Notes: generated from the letters alone by a model not told the origin. DNA of 64,000 nucleotides from Ignavibacteria bacterium (GCA_046300675.1 JBKCLO010000103.1:1903-65902), one strand, 5' to 3'; numbered from the stretch's first letter, positions 46,220-57,920 are shown. Translations and numbers: made by a program.

Positions 46220-49059
46220 GCCTCAAGCTCTGATTCACTTTGCAGCAGCACTGGACGTCCACGCGAGCCATCTGGCGGCCCAACGATTCCCGCCATTTCA
46301 AGCTCATCAACGATACGTGCAGCACGTGCATAGCCAACTTTGAGTCTGCGCTGTAGTGTTGACGTACTGGCTTGCTGAAGTTGTACGAAGATGCGTGCTG
46401 CATCTTCAAAGAGTGCGTCCCGATCGTCGCTGCCGCCTGCTGAGCCCCCTGCACGCTTGTTGATCGATGGGAGCATATATGGCGTTGAATATCCCTTTTG
46501 CGCGCCGATCCAGTCGCATAAGGCTTCAACCTCCTCCGTCGAGATGAAGGCGTTCTGCATACGAATAGGCATCGGTGTATTGCCTGGGGCAAAGAGCATG
46601 TCGCCATTGCCGATAAGGTGCTCTGCTCCCGTGCCATCAAGGATCGTGCGCGAATCGATGCGGGAAGACACTTGATAGGCGATGCGGGCAGGGAAGTTTG
46701 CTTTGATAAGACCTGTAACAACATCAACGCTCGGACGCTGCGTAGCCACAATACAGTGAATACCAACGGCGCGCGCAAGCTGCGCCAGGCGGCAGATAGG
46801 TTCTTCGACTTCCTTCGAAGCCGTCATCATGAGGTCTGCAAGCTCATCGATGATCACAACGATATAGGGCATCGGACGGTGCATGAAGCCACCCTTGTCC
46901 TTGATCTTGCCGTCATTGACCTTCTGGTTGTAATCTGTAATGTTTCGCTGTCCGGCAGCGGCAAGAATGCTGAAGCGCTGCTGCATTTCTTCAACAAGCG
47001 CCTTAAGCACAACCACGGCGTTCTGAGGCGACGTGACGATTGATTCATTGATATCTGGCGAGATGGCCAGGTAATGATCCTTAAGCGAGGCATACAGATT
47101 CATCTCTACACGCTTAGGATCAACAATCACGAACTTGAGGTCCTTCGGATGAATGCGGTACAACAGTGATGCGATGATCGTGTTGATACCAACAGACTTG
47201 CCCTTACCGGTTGCTCCAGCGATGAGAAGGTGCGGCATCTTCGTTAGATCCGCGCAGAAAACCTCGCCAACGACGGTCTTACCCATGGCAAGGGGCAGAC
47301 GTATGTCTTTGTCGTGATACTTCGGACTCTTGATGATCGAACTAAAGCGCACGATCGATGGATGTTGATTTGGGATCTCAATGCCGACTGTACCTTTGCC
47401 CGGAATCGGCGCTATGATGCGCACGCCCTGTGCCTTGAGTGCGAGCGCGATGTCGTCGGCAAGGTTCTCGATCTGAGAGACCTTGATTCCCGATGCCGGA
47501 ACAAACTCGTATTGCGTAACAACCGGACCCGGTGTGACGGTAAGATTCTCGATGCGGACCTTGAACGTTTCGAGTTTTTCCTGCAGCGTAATGGCCTTTG
47601 CCTGCAGCTCGGCGTCGTCTACTGCACCCTCGTCTTTGACTTCGACTAGCAGCTTTGACGGAGGGGGCTTGTAGGCGATCTCCTCGTCGTACATCGTAAC
47701 GTTCGAGAGCTTGATCTCTGGTTCGACAGGGAAAAGTGTGTCCTGAACCGTTAGCGTCAGCGGACGCTGCACAGTAACTGCCGAGCGCTTTGGAGAGGGA
47801 GCTTCAGGTTCACCTTCCTCCTCTTCCTCTTCGTGCTCGTCTTCAAGTTCGGCATCCTCCTCGTACTCGACGTCATCTTCCTCTTCATCATCTGCTTCAG
47901 ATTGACGAAGTGCGATGTCTTTCTTTGGATGCAGGCGCTGAAGCCTACGTTGCACTTCATCAAGGTCTACCGACCCTGGCACTTCGGTATCTTCCTCGAC
48001 GCTCTGAACAGGTGGCGGCTCTGCAGGTGCCAGCTGGCTCGGACGCAGAATGCGCACCGAGCCTGAGAGCTGTCCGGCGAATGGTGAGTCTTGGTCACGA
48101 TCCTGAGAGGCACGCCGAATCTGCACTGCAGGTTCTTCATCATCTACATCATCAGAGCGCATCGTTGTGCGCTTCTTGGAACCAAACAATGTTGGCCCCT
48201 TCCAAGATGATCGTTGCGACGGAGGTGTATCTAATGGATCTGGCTCGACCAGTTCGTCATCATCTTCATCGCTCTCATCGAGTTCGTCATCATCGGTTTG
48301 TTCCTGACTCTGCGCCTGTTGACCTCGCTGAAAGGAGAAGCCGGAAGTAAGGCGGGCAAGCGCATCCTTAAGCGGCTGCACCGAGGAATTCAGATTTCGA
48401 AGATCAATCTCGAATCCAAGAATAATCACAGCCGATGACAACAGCAGCCATAGAACGGAACTGCCAAATCGACCAATAAGCTGCGTTACAACACCAGCAA
48501 GAAACTGTCCAATCGAGCCGCATGCTTCGGGAGGAATAAACGAAAGGGGCTCTACAAGCTGCAACGTGGCCACAAAGGCTGCCACCGATATTGCAGCCAT
48601 TGTCGACACAATAGAATAGCGTGTAACCCTTGGTGTGAGCTTCTGCAGGCGGTAGACGTCGCGTGCCCATACAAGAAGCATTGCAGGAAACACAAGCGAC
48701 CACACACCAACGGTGCTGAGCAGCATCCAGTGAGCTACAACAGCGCCAAGAAGTCCGATCCAGTTATATGTCTGATCGAATTGCTGCCGAATTGCATCGT
48801 CGCCTCGAACAACACCCATAAGCTCGCGCATCGTCAGTTGCGCGTTAGCCGAATCGGCGCGGGAGTAGGAGATGATAGATACAAGCATCAGCAGACCAAG
48901 CAGCGCCATCAGGACAGCGAAGATCTTTGTGCGACGCTGCCGCTCTACCTCGTATCCAAGGGTCATCTGCTGCGGACGGCTCACATCATCAGCATCCACA
49001 GTTGGATCTGATGCTGCCGCTCTTCTTCGCAGGGGGGTATGTTCGGGGCGCTGTGCCAT
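46210..49059 (-). CDS. ftsK: DNA translocase FtsK
   Basis: 4-TM N-domain, acidic linker, PHLLIAGATGKGKS, DPK, IDELADLM, ATQRPS, gamma domain LQRRLKVGYARAARIVD. Confidence 0.97.
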   Translation of the reverse strand: MAQRPEHTPLRRRAAASDPTVDADDVSRPQQMTLGYEVERQRRTKIFAVLMALLGLLMLVSIISYSRADSANAQLTMRELMGVVRGDDAIRQQFDQTYNWIGLLGAVVAHWMLLSTVGVWSLVFPAMLLVWARDVYRLQKLTPRVTRYSIVSTMAAISVAAFVATLQLVEPLSFIPPEACGSIGQFLAGVVTQLIGRFGSSVLWLLLSSAVIILGFEIDLRNLNSSVQPLKDALARLTSGFSFQRGQQAQSQEQTDDDELDESDEDDDELVEPDPLDTPPSQRSSWKGPTLFGSKKRTTMRSDDVDDEEPAVQIRRASQDRDQDSPFAGQLSGSVRILRPSQLAPAEPPPVQSVEEDTEVPGSVDLDEVQRRLQRLHPKKDIALRQSEADDEEEDDVEYEEDAELEDEHEEEEEEGEPEAPSPKRSAVTVQRPLTLTVQDTLFPVEPEIKLSNVTMYDEEIAYKPPPSKLLVEVKDEGAVDDAELQAKAITLQEKLETFKVRIENLTVTPGPVVTQYEFVPASGIKVSQIENLADDIALALKAQGVRIIAPIPGKGTVGIEIPNQHPSIVRFSSIIKSPKYHDKDIRLPLAMGKTVVGEVFCADLTKMPHLLIAGATGKGKSVGINTIIASLLYRIHPKDLKFVIVDPKRVEMNLYASLKDHYLAISPDINESIVTSPQNAVVVLKALVEEMQQRFSILAAAGQRNITDYNQKVNDGKIKDKGGFMHRPMPYIVVIIDELADLMMTASKEVEEPICRLAQLARAVGIHCIVATQRPSVDVVTGLIKANFPARIAYQVSSRIDSRTILDGTGAEHLIGNGDMLFAPGNTPMPIRMQNAFISTEEVEALCDWIGAQKGYSTPYMLPSINKRAGGSAGGSDDRDALFEDAARIFVQLQQASTSTLQRRLKVGYARAARIVDELEMAGIVGPPDGSRGRPVLLQSESELEAYL

Positions 49060-49105
49060 ACGCTCTATGCTGGAAGGTCAATTTAATGGTATTTTGCCGC
49101 ATACT

Positions 49106-49885
49106 ATGCATCCGAATGTGAAAAGACCAATCATCATTGCTGGTCCGTGTCTTGTGGAGTCACGAGACGTGATCATGCGCGTTGCCGAGACATTGGCAAC
49201 TATCACACGCGACATGCCGGTTGACCTGTATCTCAAGGGGTCGTACCGAAAGGCTAACCGCACCAGTGCAGGTTCGTTTCAGGGCATCGGAGACCAGTCG
49301 GCTCTTGAGCTTCTGCACGAGGCAGGTGCCATGATCGGAAGGCCAACTCTCACAGATATTCATGCTGATGCCGAGGCCGCCATGGCCGCCCCCTACGTTG
49401 ATGTACTGCAGATTCCTGCGTTCTTAAGTCGGCAAACGTCGTTGCTCGAAGCAGCTGCTGCCACTGGACGTATCGTGAATATTAAGAAGGCGCAGTTCAT
49501 GGCGCCGGACGATATGGCAAAGGCCGCCGAGAAAGTTGTGCAGGCAGGGGGCTCGCATGTTTGGCTCACAGAACGTGGTACAACATTCGGGTACCATGAT
49601 CTTGTTGTAGACTTTCGGTCACTCGTCGTGATGAGGCAAAGCGGCTACCCCGTGATCTTTGATGCAACACACAGCGTGCAGCAGCCCTCAATTGGCACTC
49701 AGTCCGGCGGCAAACGGGAATTCATCCCAGCACTTGCCCGTGCAGCCGCTGCGGTGGGTATAGACGGGATCTTCTTCGAGACACACCCCGATCCTTCGCA
49801 GGCAAAGAGTGATGCCGCGACGCAGCTCCCTCTGTCTGAAGCAGAAGGGTTTCTTCGGATGATACTTGACTACTGGCACGGCTGA
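49106..49885 (+). CDS. kdsA: 3-deoxy-8-phosphooctulonate (KDO8P) synthase
   Basis: IAGPC, KANRTS, QIPAFL.RQT, KK.QF, ERG, DATHSVQ, ETHPDP..A.SD; start moved to ATG 49106. Confidence 0.95.
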   Translation: MHPNVKRPIIIAGPCLVESRDVIMRVAETLATITRDMPVDLYLKGSYRKANRTSAGSFQGIGDQSALELLHEAGAMIGRPTLTDIHADAEAAMAAPYVDVLQIPAFLSRQTSLLEAAAATGRIVNIKKAQFMAPDDMAKAAEKVVQAGGSHVWLTERGTTFGYHDLVVDFRSLVVMRQSGYPVIFDATHSVQQPSIGTQSGGKREFIPALARAAAAVGIDGIFFETHPDPSQAKSDAATQLPLSEAEGFLRMILDYWHG

Positions 49886-50421
49886 TGCGTTCTCTTGGAG
49901 TGGCCATAGGTTTTCTGCTATTGCTATCATCCTGCAGCGAGCGGCCTTCGATTCAGCGCAGCGCTGATGACCCGTTTCTAACGGTGCCATCGCACGTTGC
50001 ATACAACGTTAAGATCGCTATTACAGACAGCACAAGGTCCAAGGCTACGCTGTATGCACGCCAAGGCAACATTGATGAACGCAACCAGCGCACAACAATG
50101 GTCGGCAATGTCATCGTTGATTTTTATGAGAAGTCAGGAGTAGCGGTCCAGGCGCGGTTAACGGCAGACTCTGTGGTTGTCAATGACATAACAAAGGACA
50201 TGACAGCCCACGGCAACGTTCGGGTTGAATCTCGTACGCGGCAGATTACACTGACGACCACGTTGCTGACGTGGGTCAATGCTACGCGCCGCGTTCAAAC
50301 GGAGAAGCCCGTACACATTGAAACGGGAAGCGAATCAATCGACGGTGTTGGATTTGAGTCCAATCAGGACCTATCATCTTATAGACTGTTTCACGTTCGT
50401 GGAGTGCGTCGCAAGTCATGA
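49885..50421 (+). CDS. lptC: LPS export periplasmic protein LptC (lipoprotein-type)
   Basis: Signal ending in Cys, LTADS, GNV, L.T..L.W, GVGFES pattern; follows kdsA. Confidence 0.8.
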   Translation: MRSLGVAIGFLLLLSSCSERPSIQRSADDPFLTVPSHVAYNVKIAITDSTRSKATLYARQGNIDERNQRTTMVGNVIVDFYEKSGVAVQARLTADSVVVNDITKDMTAHGNVRVESRTRQITLTTTLLTWVNATRRVQTEKPVHIETGSESIDGVGFESNQDLSSYRLFHVRGVRRKS

Positions 50422-51173
50422 GCATCTATGTTGTCGGCAACTGGAAAATGAACCTTCTGCGCGCGCAAGCAAACGAGCTCGCAGCAAACCTCATGCTGCA
50501 TGGTGCAGTATCGGATGTAAGCGTGCAGGTAGTGATATGTCCGCCCACGACAGCGCTTGAAACCGTTATTGCACGTTGCGCAGATCGCATAGCAGTTGGT
50601 GCGCAGAACTGTCATCATACTGCCAATGGCGCCTTTACGGGCGAGGTTAGCGCAGAAATGCTTTCCGATGTGGGCTGTGCCCATGTTATTCTCGGTCATA
50701 GCGAGCGCAGGCGTGATCAGCACGAAACCGACGCAGACATCGGACGCAAAGTCCGCCATGCACACGAGGTAGGATTGCGTCCAATTGTTTGCATCGGAGA
50801 GACATTAGATCAACGTCAGCGCGGAATCACCTTCGACGTGCTCAAAGAGCAGATCAATGGCATCATATCCACGGCTGGTCTTGATGCCGTTGCGGCCTCG
50901 CTCGTTGCCTACGAACCGGTGTGGGCCATCGGCACAGGTCTTGCAGCCACCACCGAGCAGGCACAAAAGGTGCATGCGTTTCTGCGAGATCATCTCGCCT
51001 TGCAAGGTGTTCAAACGCACGTACCGCTTCTCTATGGCGGCAGTGTGACGCCTAGCAATGCAGCCGAACTCTTTGCTTGCCGCGACATCGATGGTGCGCT
51101 GGTAGGCGGTGCTTCGCTCAAGGCCATCGAGTTTGCCCAAATCGTGCAACATGCGCGGAACGTTGGTGCATGA
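50418..51173 (+). CDS. tpiA: Triosephosphate isomerase
   Basis: GNWKMN, GAFTGE, GHSERR, AYEPVWAIGTG, YGGSV, LVGGASL. Confidence 0.98.
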   Translation: MSIYVVGNWKMNLLRAQANELAANLMLHGAVSDVSVQVVICPPTTALETVIARCADRIAVGAQNCHHTANGAFTGEVSAEMLSDVGCAHVILGHSERRRDQHETDADIGRKVRHAHEVGLRPIVCIGETLDQRQRGITFDVLKEQINGIISTAGLDAVAASLVAYEPVWAIGTGLAATTEQAQKVHAFLRDHLALQGVQTHVPLLYGGSVTPSNAAELFACRDIDGALVGGASLKAIEFAQIVQHARNVGA

Positions 51174-51760
51174 AGTTTACGTACGCCAATATCGTAACGC
51201 TAAGTCGGTTCTTCATGGCACCAATCTTTTTGGTCTTCATGTTGTCGGATTCGCCAAACGGAACACTTACTGCGCTCTTGATATTCGTGGTTGCGGCTCT
51301 CACTGATTGGCTTGATGGATTCCTGGCTCGCAGATATGGAGAGGTTACCGACCATGGAGTGTTCCTTGATCCGCTGGCAGATAAGGTCCTCACTACTTCG
51401 GCATTTGTTGCGCTGTATATGCTGGGCATGATGCCGATCTGGATGTTGGTTATCATTGTCCTGCGTGACTTCGGCACAACGGCTATGCGCTCCATCGCAG
51501 ATGATAAGGGGCTCACAATGACGACAAGCTATGTAGCAAAGGTCAAGACGTTTCTTCAGATGGTTGTGATCATCGTTGCTATACTTTGTCTTGCTCTGCA
51601 TCAAACCACACCAGATTCAGAGCTTGGTGCTTACGCGGCAAGATTTATGATGTCTGGTGGTGTAACGGCCGGACTCTACATCATTACACTCCTCTCGATT
51701 TACAGTTTAGTTCAATACGTCATCGTCAACAAAAGGCTCTTTCATCGTGGCAGCTCATAA
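51170..51760 (+). CDS. pgsA: CDP-diacylglycerol--glycerol-3-phosphate 3-phosphatidyltransferase
   Basis: N.VT.SR, TDWLDGFLAR...G.FLDPLADK, K.KT..Q; ATGA overlap with tpiA. Confidence 0.92.
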   Translation: MKFTYANIVTLSRFFMAPIFLVFMLSDSPNGTLTALLIFVVAALTDWLDGFLARRYGEVTDHGVFLDPLADKVLTTSAFVALYMLGMMPIWMLVIIVLRDFGTTAMRSIADDKGLTMTTSYVAKVKTFLQMVVIIVAILCLALHQTTPDSELGAYAARFMMSGGVTAGLYIITLLSIYSLVQYVIVNKRLFHRGSS

Positions 51761-52274
51761 GATCGCACCCCCGAAACTCACGTCCATTCACGACTACGTT
51801 GCAACATTTGGTGGTGTGGGTCTGCTGCCGATCATGCCGGGTTCATACTGCAGTCTGCTTGTTGCATTGCCTGCGGCATATGGTTCGCTCTATGCCATGT
51901 GGCCAACAGCAACAATGCAGCTATGGTATGGAATTGGTTTCGTTGTTTTTACGCTGCTCGGCACCTTGTCGGTAAAGCATGTGCAGAAGAATTGGGGACA
52001 CGACCCAAGTGTTGTGGTTATCGACGAAGCCGCTGGTATGTGCCTTACGTTGATGTTCCCGATGGCCTACAACGGACTGGCATTATGGGCAACTGCAGTT
52101 CTGCTCTTCCGTGTGTTTGATGTGATGAAACCATGGCCGATGAACATCATCAACGACCGCACCGAAGCATGGGCTGTGATGGGGGATGACCTTGCAGCAG
52201 GCCTTGTGGCGGGGTTTTCAACGCAGCTTGTAGGTGCTGCACTCTTGGCTTTGGGTATCAGTTTGGCCATGTAA
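51747..52274 (+). CDS. pgpA: Phosphatidylglycerophosphatase A
   Basis: PGS..S, HDPSVVVIDE..G, LFRVFD..KPWP, DDL.AG. Confidence 0.92.
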   Translation: MAAHKIAPPKLTSIHDYVATFGGVGLLPIMPGSYCSLLVALPAAYGSLYAMWPTATMQLWYGIGFVVFTLLGTLSVKHVQKNWGHDPSVVVIDEAAGMCLTLMFPMAYNGLALWATAVLLFRVFDVMKPWPMNIINDRTEAWAVMGDDLAAGLVAGFSTQLVGAALLALGISLAM

Positions 52275-52447
52275 CAAAGCCGTAATGCGGCCTGGAAGCC
52301 CCATTCCATAGGAGTTCTGGCCTAAAAAACGGCTGGAGACCCTGTAAATAGGTTCATGTGGAGAATTCATGCTTGAAATGCCCTGCAAACAGGGACTATT
52401 ATTGCACCCATAACTGGTTTTATCCAATCGTTTACATGGGGGTTCCT

Positions 52448-52798
52448 ATGAACAAAGCAGAGCTAGTAGAAGCTATTGCTAACGCCGCTGGACTCAGCAA
52501 GTCACAAGCTGACACTGCGCTGAATGCAGCAATCGGTGCCATCAAGTCAGAACTTGGCAAGGGTGGCAGTGTTTCTCTCATCGGTTTCGGTTCATTCAGT
52601 GTTGGTAAGCGCGGTGCTCGCACAGGTCGCAACCCAGCAACGGGTGCAACGATCAAGATCGCAGCTCGCAAGGTTGCAAAGTTCTCAGCTGGTGCAGACC
52701 TTAAGGCAGTTGTGAACGGCGAGAAGAAGTCTGGTGCTAAGAAGGCAGCTCCAAAGAAGGCAGCTCCGAAGAAGGCAGCAGCGAAGAAGAAAAAGTAA
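52448..52798 (+). CDS. hup: HU family DNA-binding protein with Lys/Ala/Pro-rich C-terminal tail
   Basis: MNKAELV, IGFGSF, RTGRNP.TG; start moved to ATG 52448. Confidence 0.95.
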   Translation: MNKAELVEAIANAAGLSKSQADTALNAAIGAIKSELGKGGSVSLIGFGSFSVGKRGARTGRNPATGATIKIAARKVAKFSAGADLKAVVNGEKKSGAKKAAPKKAAPKKAAAKKKK

Positions 52799-52813
52799 TT
52801 CAAGAAATTGCAG

Positions 52814-52840
52814 AGCCCGCCAATCGGCGGGCTTTTTTTT
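52814..52840 (+). terminator. Intrinsic terminator after HU
   Basis: agcccgcc-aatc-ggcgggct followed by a T run. Confidence 0.9.
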
Positions 52841-52864
52841 GCCCTATTTTTGCAATCGATGTCG

Positions 52865-53773
52865 ATGCGCCACCTTCTGTCGAGTCAGCAGTTATCAGTC
52901 GAGAGTATTACCGAAATCCTCGACGTGGCATCGGCGTTTCTGACGCCTACGGGGCTTGTTCAGCGTGCGCAACCAATACTTGCTGACAAGAGATTCGTCC
53001 TAGCCTTCTTTGAGCCGTCAACTCGGACGCGACTATCTTTCGAGACGGCTGTTCAGCGCTTAGGGGCCTCATCAGTGCATTTCTCCTCGTCTGGCAGCAG
53101 CGTCGAAAAGGGCGAAACACTCCAGGAGACGATTCACACCATTCAAGCCATGGGGTTCGATGGCGTCATCATACGTCATGCGCACAACGGAACACACGAA
53201 CGTGTTGCATCCTACACCACGATGTCGGTGATCAATGCAGGCGAGGGCTCTGTGGCCCATCCAACTCAGGCATTGCTTGACGCCTCGACGATTCGCGAGC
53301 GATTCGGAAGTGTTCGAGGTGTAAAAGTTGCCATCGTTGGAGATCTGCAACATTCAAGGGTTGCGCGCTCCACATCAGATGTGCTGCTTCGCATGGGAGC
53401 AGAGGTAGCATACTGCGCGCCGGACTCTCTGCGTCCTAACGACGAGCAGTTTGAGAGGTTGCAGAGGTTTGAATCTATTGATGATGCCTCACACTGGGCA
53501 GACGTTGTGTACCTGTTGCGCATTCAACGGGAGCGCATCACAAACGATATTGTCCCAAGCGTGGAAGAGTACCGCAAGTTCTATGCGATGACGAGTCAGC
53601 GAGCATTGACGAATCCCAATCTTGTAATCATGCATCCCGGACCAGTCAATGTTGGCGTAGAATTGGACGAAGAGCTTCTGTCGTTGCCGCAGTGCTTGAT
53701 TCACAGACAGGTAACGCATGGCGTAGCTGTGCGGATGTCTGTACTAAACATGATTTTTTCAGATAATCGATAA
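52865..53773 (+). CDS. pyrB: Aspartate carbamoyltransferase catalytic subunit
   Basis: FFEPSTRTRLSFE, KGET, INAG, HPTQALLD, GD..HSRV, RIQRER, HPGP; start ATG 52859 or 52865. Confidence 0.97.
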   Translation: MRHLLSSQQLSVESITEILDVASAFLTPTGLVQRAQPILADKRFVLAFFEPSTRTRLSFETAVQRLGASSVHFSSSGSSVEKGETLQETIHTIQAMGFDGVIIRHAHNGTHERVASYTTMSVINAGEGSVAHPTQALLDASTIRERFGSVRGVKVAIVGDLQHSRVARSTSDVLLRMGAEVAYCAPDSLRPNDEQFERLQRFESIDDASHWADVVYLLRIQRERITNDIVPSVEEYRKFYAMTSQRALTNPNLVIMHPGPVNVGVELDEELLSLPQCLIHRQVTHGVAVRMSVLNMIFSDNR

Positions 53774-53785
53774 CTGCACACACCC

Positions 53786-56700
53786 ATGCCAAAGCGTACC
53801 GACATACAAACCATTCTCGTGATCGGATCAGGCCCGATCGTCATCGGTCAAGCATGCGAGTTTGATTACTCAGGAACGCAGGCCTGTAAAGTGCTGCGCG
53901 AAGAAGGATACCGCGTTGTGCTGATCAATTCGAATCCGGCAACGATCATGACGGATCCGAACATTGCAGATGCCACGTATGTAGAACCAATCACGCCCTA
54001 TTACATCGAAGAGGTTATCAAGAAAGAGAAGCCTGACGCTATTCTTCCAACCATGGGAGGTCAAGTAGCTCTGAATGCAGCTGTATCGCTGCACGAAGCA
54101 GGCATTCTTGAGAAGTATGGAATAGAGCTTATCGGTTCAAAGATCGAGTCGATCCACAAGGCCGAAGACCGCGAGCTGTTCCTGAATGCCATGCTTAAGA
54201 TCGGCATGGAAATGACGCGAGGCGGATTTGTGCATGCCTTTGAAGAGGGTATGGCCATGATTGATGATGTTGGATTTCCAGCCATTATCCGTCCGTCGTT
54301 TACCTTAGGTGGAACCGGTGGGGGAATTGCCTACAACATCGAAGAGTATCGCGAGATCCTTCGCAATGGTCTGGTGGCAAGTCCCATTGGCCGAGTACTG
54401 GTTGAGGAAAGCATCATCGGCTGGAAGGAATACGAGCTCGAGGTAATGCGCGACACAAAGGACAATGTCGTGATCATCTGCTCGATTGAAAATGTTGACC
54501 CGATGGGTGTGCACACTGGCGATTCGATCACTGTTGCACCGGCGCAAACGCTCACAGATCGTGAATACCAGCGCATGCGTGATGCTTCGCTCAAAATCAT
54601 TCGCGAGATCGGTGTCGAGACAGGGGGCTCCAACATCCAGTTTGCCGTGAACCCGGCAGACGGACGCATGGTGGTGATCGAAATGAATCCACGTGTCTCG
54701 CGCAGCTCAGCGCTTGCCTCGAAGGCAACTGGATTTCCGATCGCAAAGATTGCCGCAAAACTCGCGGTTGGATATACGCTCGACGAGATCATCAACGACA
54801 TCACAAAGAAGACACCGGCCTGTTTTGAGCCGTCAATAGATTATGTCGTTGTTAAGGTGCCACGTTGGGATTTTGAAAAATTCCACGAAGCAGACAATTC
54901 CCTTGGCATCCAGATGAAGTCCGTTGGAGAGGCCATGGCCTTCGGCCGCACCTTTAAAGAGGCATTGCAGAAGTGCCTTCGGTCACTCGAACAAAAACGC
55001 TACGGATTTGGGTTCGACCGTGAGCGCTATCTCGAGGATGTGCCGCAAGAGGATGGAATGCTGGCCCCCTTGCATGTGCGGCTCGGACAACGGACATCAC
55101 GATCCATGGACGACCTCTGTGATGCGCTGCGGTATGGAATGTCTGTAGAAGAGATTCATGCAATATCGAAGTACGATCCATGGTTTATCGTTCAGTGTAA
55201 GCAGATCGTAGACGAGGCGCAATCGCTGCTGCATGATGTGCATGCTGGCATGGAATCGATTGCCCACATCTCACGCGTGCGTCTGCACAAGCTCAAGCGC
55301 TATGGTTTTAGCGACATGCAGATCGGCCTGCTCATGGGTGTTGCCGAAGACGATGTGCGCAAGCGCCGCAAGGATATTGGTGTGCTGCCTGTGTTTAAGA
55401 CGGTAGACACGTGTGCCGCAGAATTCGAATCGCAGACGCCATATCATTACTCCTGCTACGATACAGAGAACGAAGCTATACCAAGTGCGAACAAGAAGGT
55501 GATCATTCTCGGCAGCGGACCCAACCGTATTGGGCAGGGTATCGAGTTTGACTATTGCTGCGTTCAGGGACTGTTCGCTCTCAAGGAGATGGGCTACGAA
55601 GCCATCATGATCAATTGTAATCCTGAAACAGTCTCCACAGATTACGACACAACAAGTAGGCTGTATTTCGAGCCCCTTACGTTCGAAGATGTGATGAATG
55701 TGGTCGACATCGAACGTCCGGACGGGGTTGTGATCACATTTGGCGGACAAACCCCTTTGAAGCTGGCACAGCGCCTTGCCAAGGCGGGAGTATCGCTCAT
55801 CGGTACATCGCCCGAAGGTATCGACCTTGCAGAAGACCGCCAGCGGTTCGGTGATCTGCTTACACGACTCCACATTCCATGTCCACCCTGGGGAACCAGC
55901 ACCGACGAGGAACATGCCGTAGAGATTGCCGAGCGTGTAGGCTATCCTGTTCTTGTGCGTCCGTCCTACGTGCTTGGTGGGCGTGCAATGCAGATCTGCT
56001 ACCGGGAGGATTCGTTGCGGGCATATATGCGTAAGGCTATCGCAGAAGACCCGACACGCCCTGTGTTGATTGACCACTTTCTCGAGAATGCAACAGAGTT
56101 TGACGTAGACGCGATCAGCGATGGCAAGACAACGGTGATCGGTGGAATGATGCAGCACATAGAAGAGGCCGGTATACACTCAGGAGACTCGTCATGTGTG
56201 CTGCCACCATATAGTGTGGGTCAAGACGTATTGGACACGATGCGACAATACGCCGTCAAGATTGCCAAGGAGCTTAACGTTATTGGCCTGCTCAACATGC
56301 AGTTTGCCGTGCAGAACGGCAACGTCTATTTGCTTGAAGTAAATCCTCGTGCATCGCGCACAGTGCCCTTTGTTTCAAAGGCCACTGGCGTCAAGCTAGC
56401 TCAGCTTGCGACGCGCGTCATGGTCGGTCATGAACTTGCCTCGTTGAACGTTCCTGAATTCGACCCTGGCATGAAGCGCACAGCGATCAAGGAGTCTGTA
56501 TTTCCATTTGCGAAGTTTCCGCACGCAAGCGTGTTCCTTGGTCCAGAAATGCGGTCGACGGGCGAAGTCATGGGCATGGATGCATCCTTCGGTATTGCGC
56601 TGGTAAAGGCGCACATTTCTGCCGGACAAACGTTGTCTAAAGAAGGAAGCGTGTTTGTATCACTTAGCTCACACGACAAGACGCAGCGTGCCATTGAAAT

Positions 56701-57052
56701 GGTACGGGGCTATGCAGAACTTGGATTCAAGATCCTTGCAACAAGAGGTACGGCGGGCTTCCTTCAGGAGCACGGCGTGCAGGCAACAACGGTGCTCAAG
56801 CATTACGAGGGACGTCCAAGCATCATAGACCAGATCGCTAACGGCGAAGTATCCATTGTGATCAACACGCCGCTTGGAGAGAACGCACGCTATGATGAGG
56901 CAGTGATGGGCCGAACTGCAATGAAGTATAAGGTACCGTTTTTTACAACCCTGGCTGCAGCCGAAGCCTCGCTCCACGGTGTAAAGGCCCTGCGCGAAGA
57001 ACAGTTCACGTCTACCTCACTTCAGGATTATTATGTCGCCGACGCGTCCTGA
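53786..57052 (+). CDS. carB: Carbamoyl-phosphate synthase large subunit
   Basis: MPKRTDI...[17 protein letters not shown], duplicated ATP-grasp domains, MGS-like C-terminus. Confidence 0.98.
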   Translation: MPKRTDIQTILVIGSGPIVIGQACEFDYSGTQACKVLREEGYRVVLINSNPATIMTDPNIADATYVEPITPYYIEEVIKKEKPDAILPTMGGQVALNAAVSLHEAGILEKYGIELIGSKIESIHKAEDRELFLNAMLKIGMEMTRGGFVHAFEEGMAMIDDVGFPAIIRPSFTLGGTGGGIAYNIEEYREILRNGLVASPIGRVLVEESIIGWKEYELEVMRDTKDNVVIICSIENVDPMGVHTGDSITVAPAQTLTDREYQRMRDASLKIIREIGVETGGSNIQFAVNPADGRMVVIEMNPRVSRSSALASKATGFPIAKIAAKLAVGYTLDEIINDITKKTPACFEPSIDYVVVKVPRWDFEKFHEADNSLGIQMKSVGEAMAFGRTFKEALQKCLRSLEQKRYGFGFDRERYLEDVPQEDGMLAPLHVRLGQRTSRSMDDLCDALRYGMSVEEIHAISKYDPWFIVQCKQIVDEAQSLLHDVHAGMESIAHISRVRLHKLKRYGFSDMQIGLLMGVAEDDVRKRRKDIGVLPVFKTVDTCAAEFESQTPYHYSCYDTENEAIPSANKKVIILGSGPNRIGQGIEFDYCCVQGLFALKEMGYEAIMINCNPETVSTDYDTTSRLYFEPLTFEDVMNVVDIERPDGVVITFGGQTPLKLAQRLAKAGVSLIGTSPEGIDLAEDRQRFGDLLTRLHIPCPPWGTSTDEEHAVEIAERVGYPVLVRPSYVLGGRAMQICYREDSLRAYMRKAIAEDPTRPVLIDHFLENATEFDVDAISDGKTTVIGGMMQHIEEAGIHSGDSSCVLPPYSVGQDVLDTMRQYAVKIAKELNVIGLLNMQFAVQNGNVYLLEVNPRASRTVPFVSKATGVKLAQLATRVMVGHELASLNVPEFDPGMKRTAIKESVFPFAKFPHASVFLGPEMRSTGEVMGMDASFGIALVKAHISAGQTLSKEGSVFVSLSSHDKTQRAIEMVRGYAELGFKILATRGTAGFLQEHGVQATTVLKHYEGRPSIIDQIANGEVSIVINTPLGENARYDEAVMGRTAMKYKVPFFTTLAAAEASLHGVKALREEQFTSTSLQDYYVADAS

Positions 57053-57920
57053 GCTGCCGCAGGTCTGGACCGTACGCGACATCATTCAGTGGGGACGTGA
57101 GTTCTTCACAAATCGGGGCATCGACGAGGCACGCAGAACAATTGAACTCATGGTATGTGCCGTTCTCGGTACCAAGCGTATCGAGCTCTACACAGATCAT
57201 GAACGCCCACTTAGCAAAGACGAACTTGCCCAGCTCAAGGCCATGATCCAGCGGCGGGTGGCTCGCGAGCCCCTTCAATACATTCTTGGCAAAGCAGACT
57301 TCTACGGTAGTGTCTTCGTGGTAACGCCCGCAGTACTGATACCGCGTCCGGAGACAGAGCTTATTGCCGAGCGGGTATCGCGCTATTGTGCAGCCAAGAG
57401 CGAGCAGCAGTTTGTCTGTCTCGATATCGGTACTGGATCGGGATGCATACCTATCGCCATCATCAAGCACACAACAAATACCACATGGACAGGTATCGAC
57501 GTATCTACCGAGGCACTTTCGGTGGCATCGACTAATGCGGAGATGCTTGGTGCCAGTGGACGGTTCCAATCGCAGGAATTGGATGTTCTGACATCGGTGC
57601 CGCTTGGTGGACCGTTCGATATCATCACGATGAACCCGCCATATATCGGTTCGGCAGACCTCGAAGAATGCGAAGTCGAAGTAAAAGACCACGAACCAAC
57701 AACAGCTCTTACCGATCATGCTGACGGACGAACATTCTACCATCGGCTTGCAGAAATCATGATGCAGATCATACGTCCGGGAGGGCTTGTTTTTCTCGAG
57801 ATCGGGGCCGGACAAGATCGCGATGTGGAAAACATCTTTCAGTCTCGCGGCCACCTGACGACCACGATCCCAGATCTGGCGGGCATTCCAAGGCTTATCA
57901 TTGTCGAGCCAGGTACATAA
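57033..57920 (+). CDS. prmC: Release factor glutamine methyltransferase
   Basis: [35 protein letters not shown]. Confidence 0.95.
   Translation: MSPTRPELPQVWTVRDIIQWGREFFTNRGIDEARRTIELMVCAVLGTKRIELYTDHERPLSKDELAQLKAMIQRRVAREPLQYILGKADFYGSVFVVTPAVLIPRPETELIAERVSRYCAAKSEQQFVCLDIGTGSGCIPIAIIKHTTNTTWTGIDVSTEALSVASTNAEMLGASGRFQSQELDVLTSVPLGGPFDIITMNPPYIGSADLEECEVEVKDHEPTTALTDHADGRTFYHRLAEIMMQIIRPGGLVFLEIGAGQDRDVENIFQSRGHLTTTIPDLAGIPRLIIVEPGT

Noticed and set aside
47800-48310. Acidic low-complexity stretch in ftsK
   Set aside because: Typical variable FtsK linker; no heptamer periodicity
52340-52394. Similar motifs ccctgtaaatagg and ccctgcaaacaggg upstream of HU as operator sites
   Set aside because: Short, imperfect and not seen elsewhere in the window; insufficient support
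57395-57410. gagcgagcagcag in prmC, just before motif I, resembling the heptamer family
   Set aside because: Under two units; cannot be distinguished from chance
55271-57854. Long antisense ORFs (302 aa, 280 aa) opposite carB and prmC, and similar ones elsewhere
   Set aside because: Antisense shadows of well-supported genes, with no recognisable motifs
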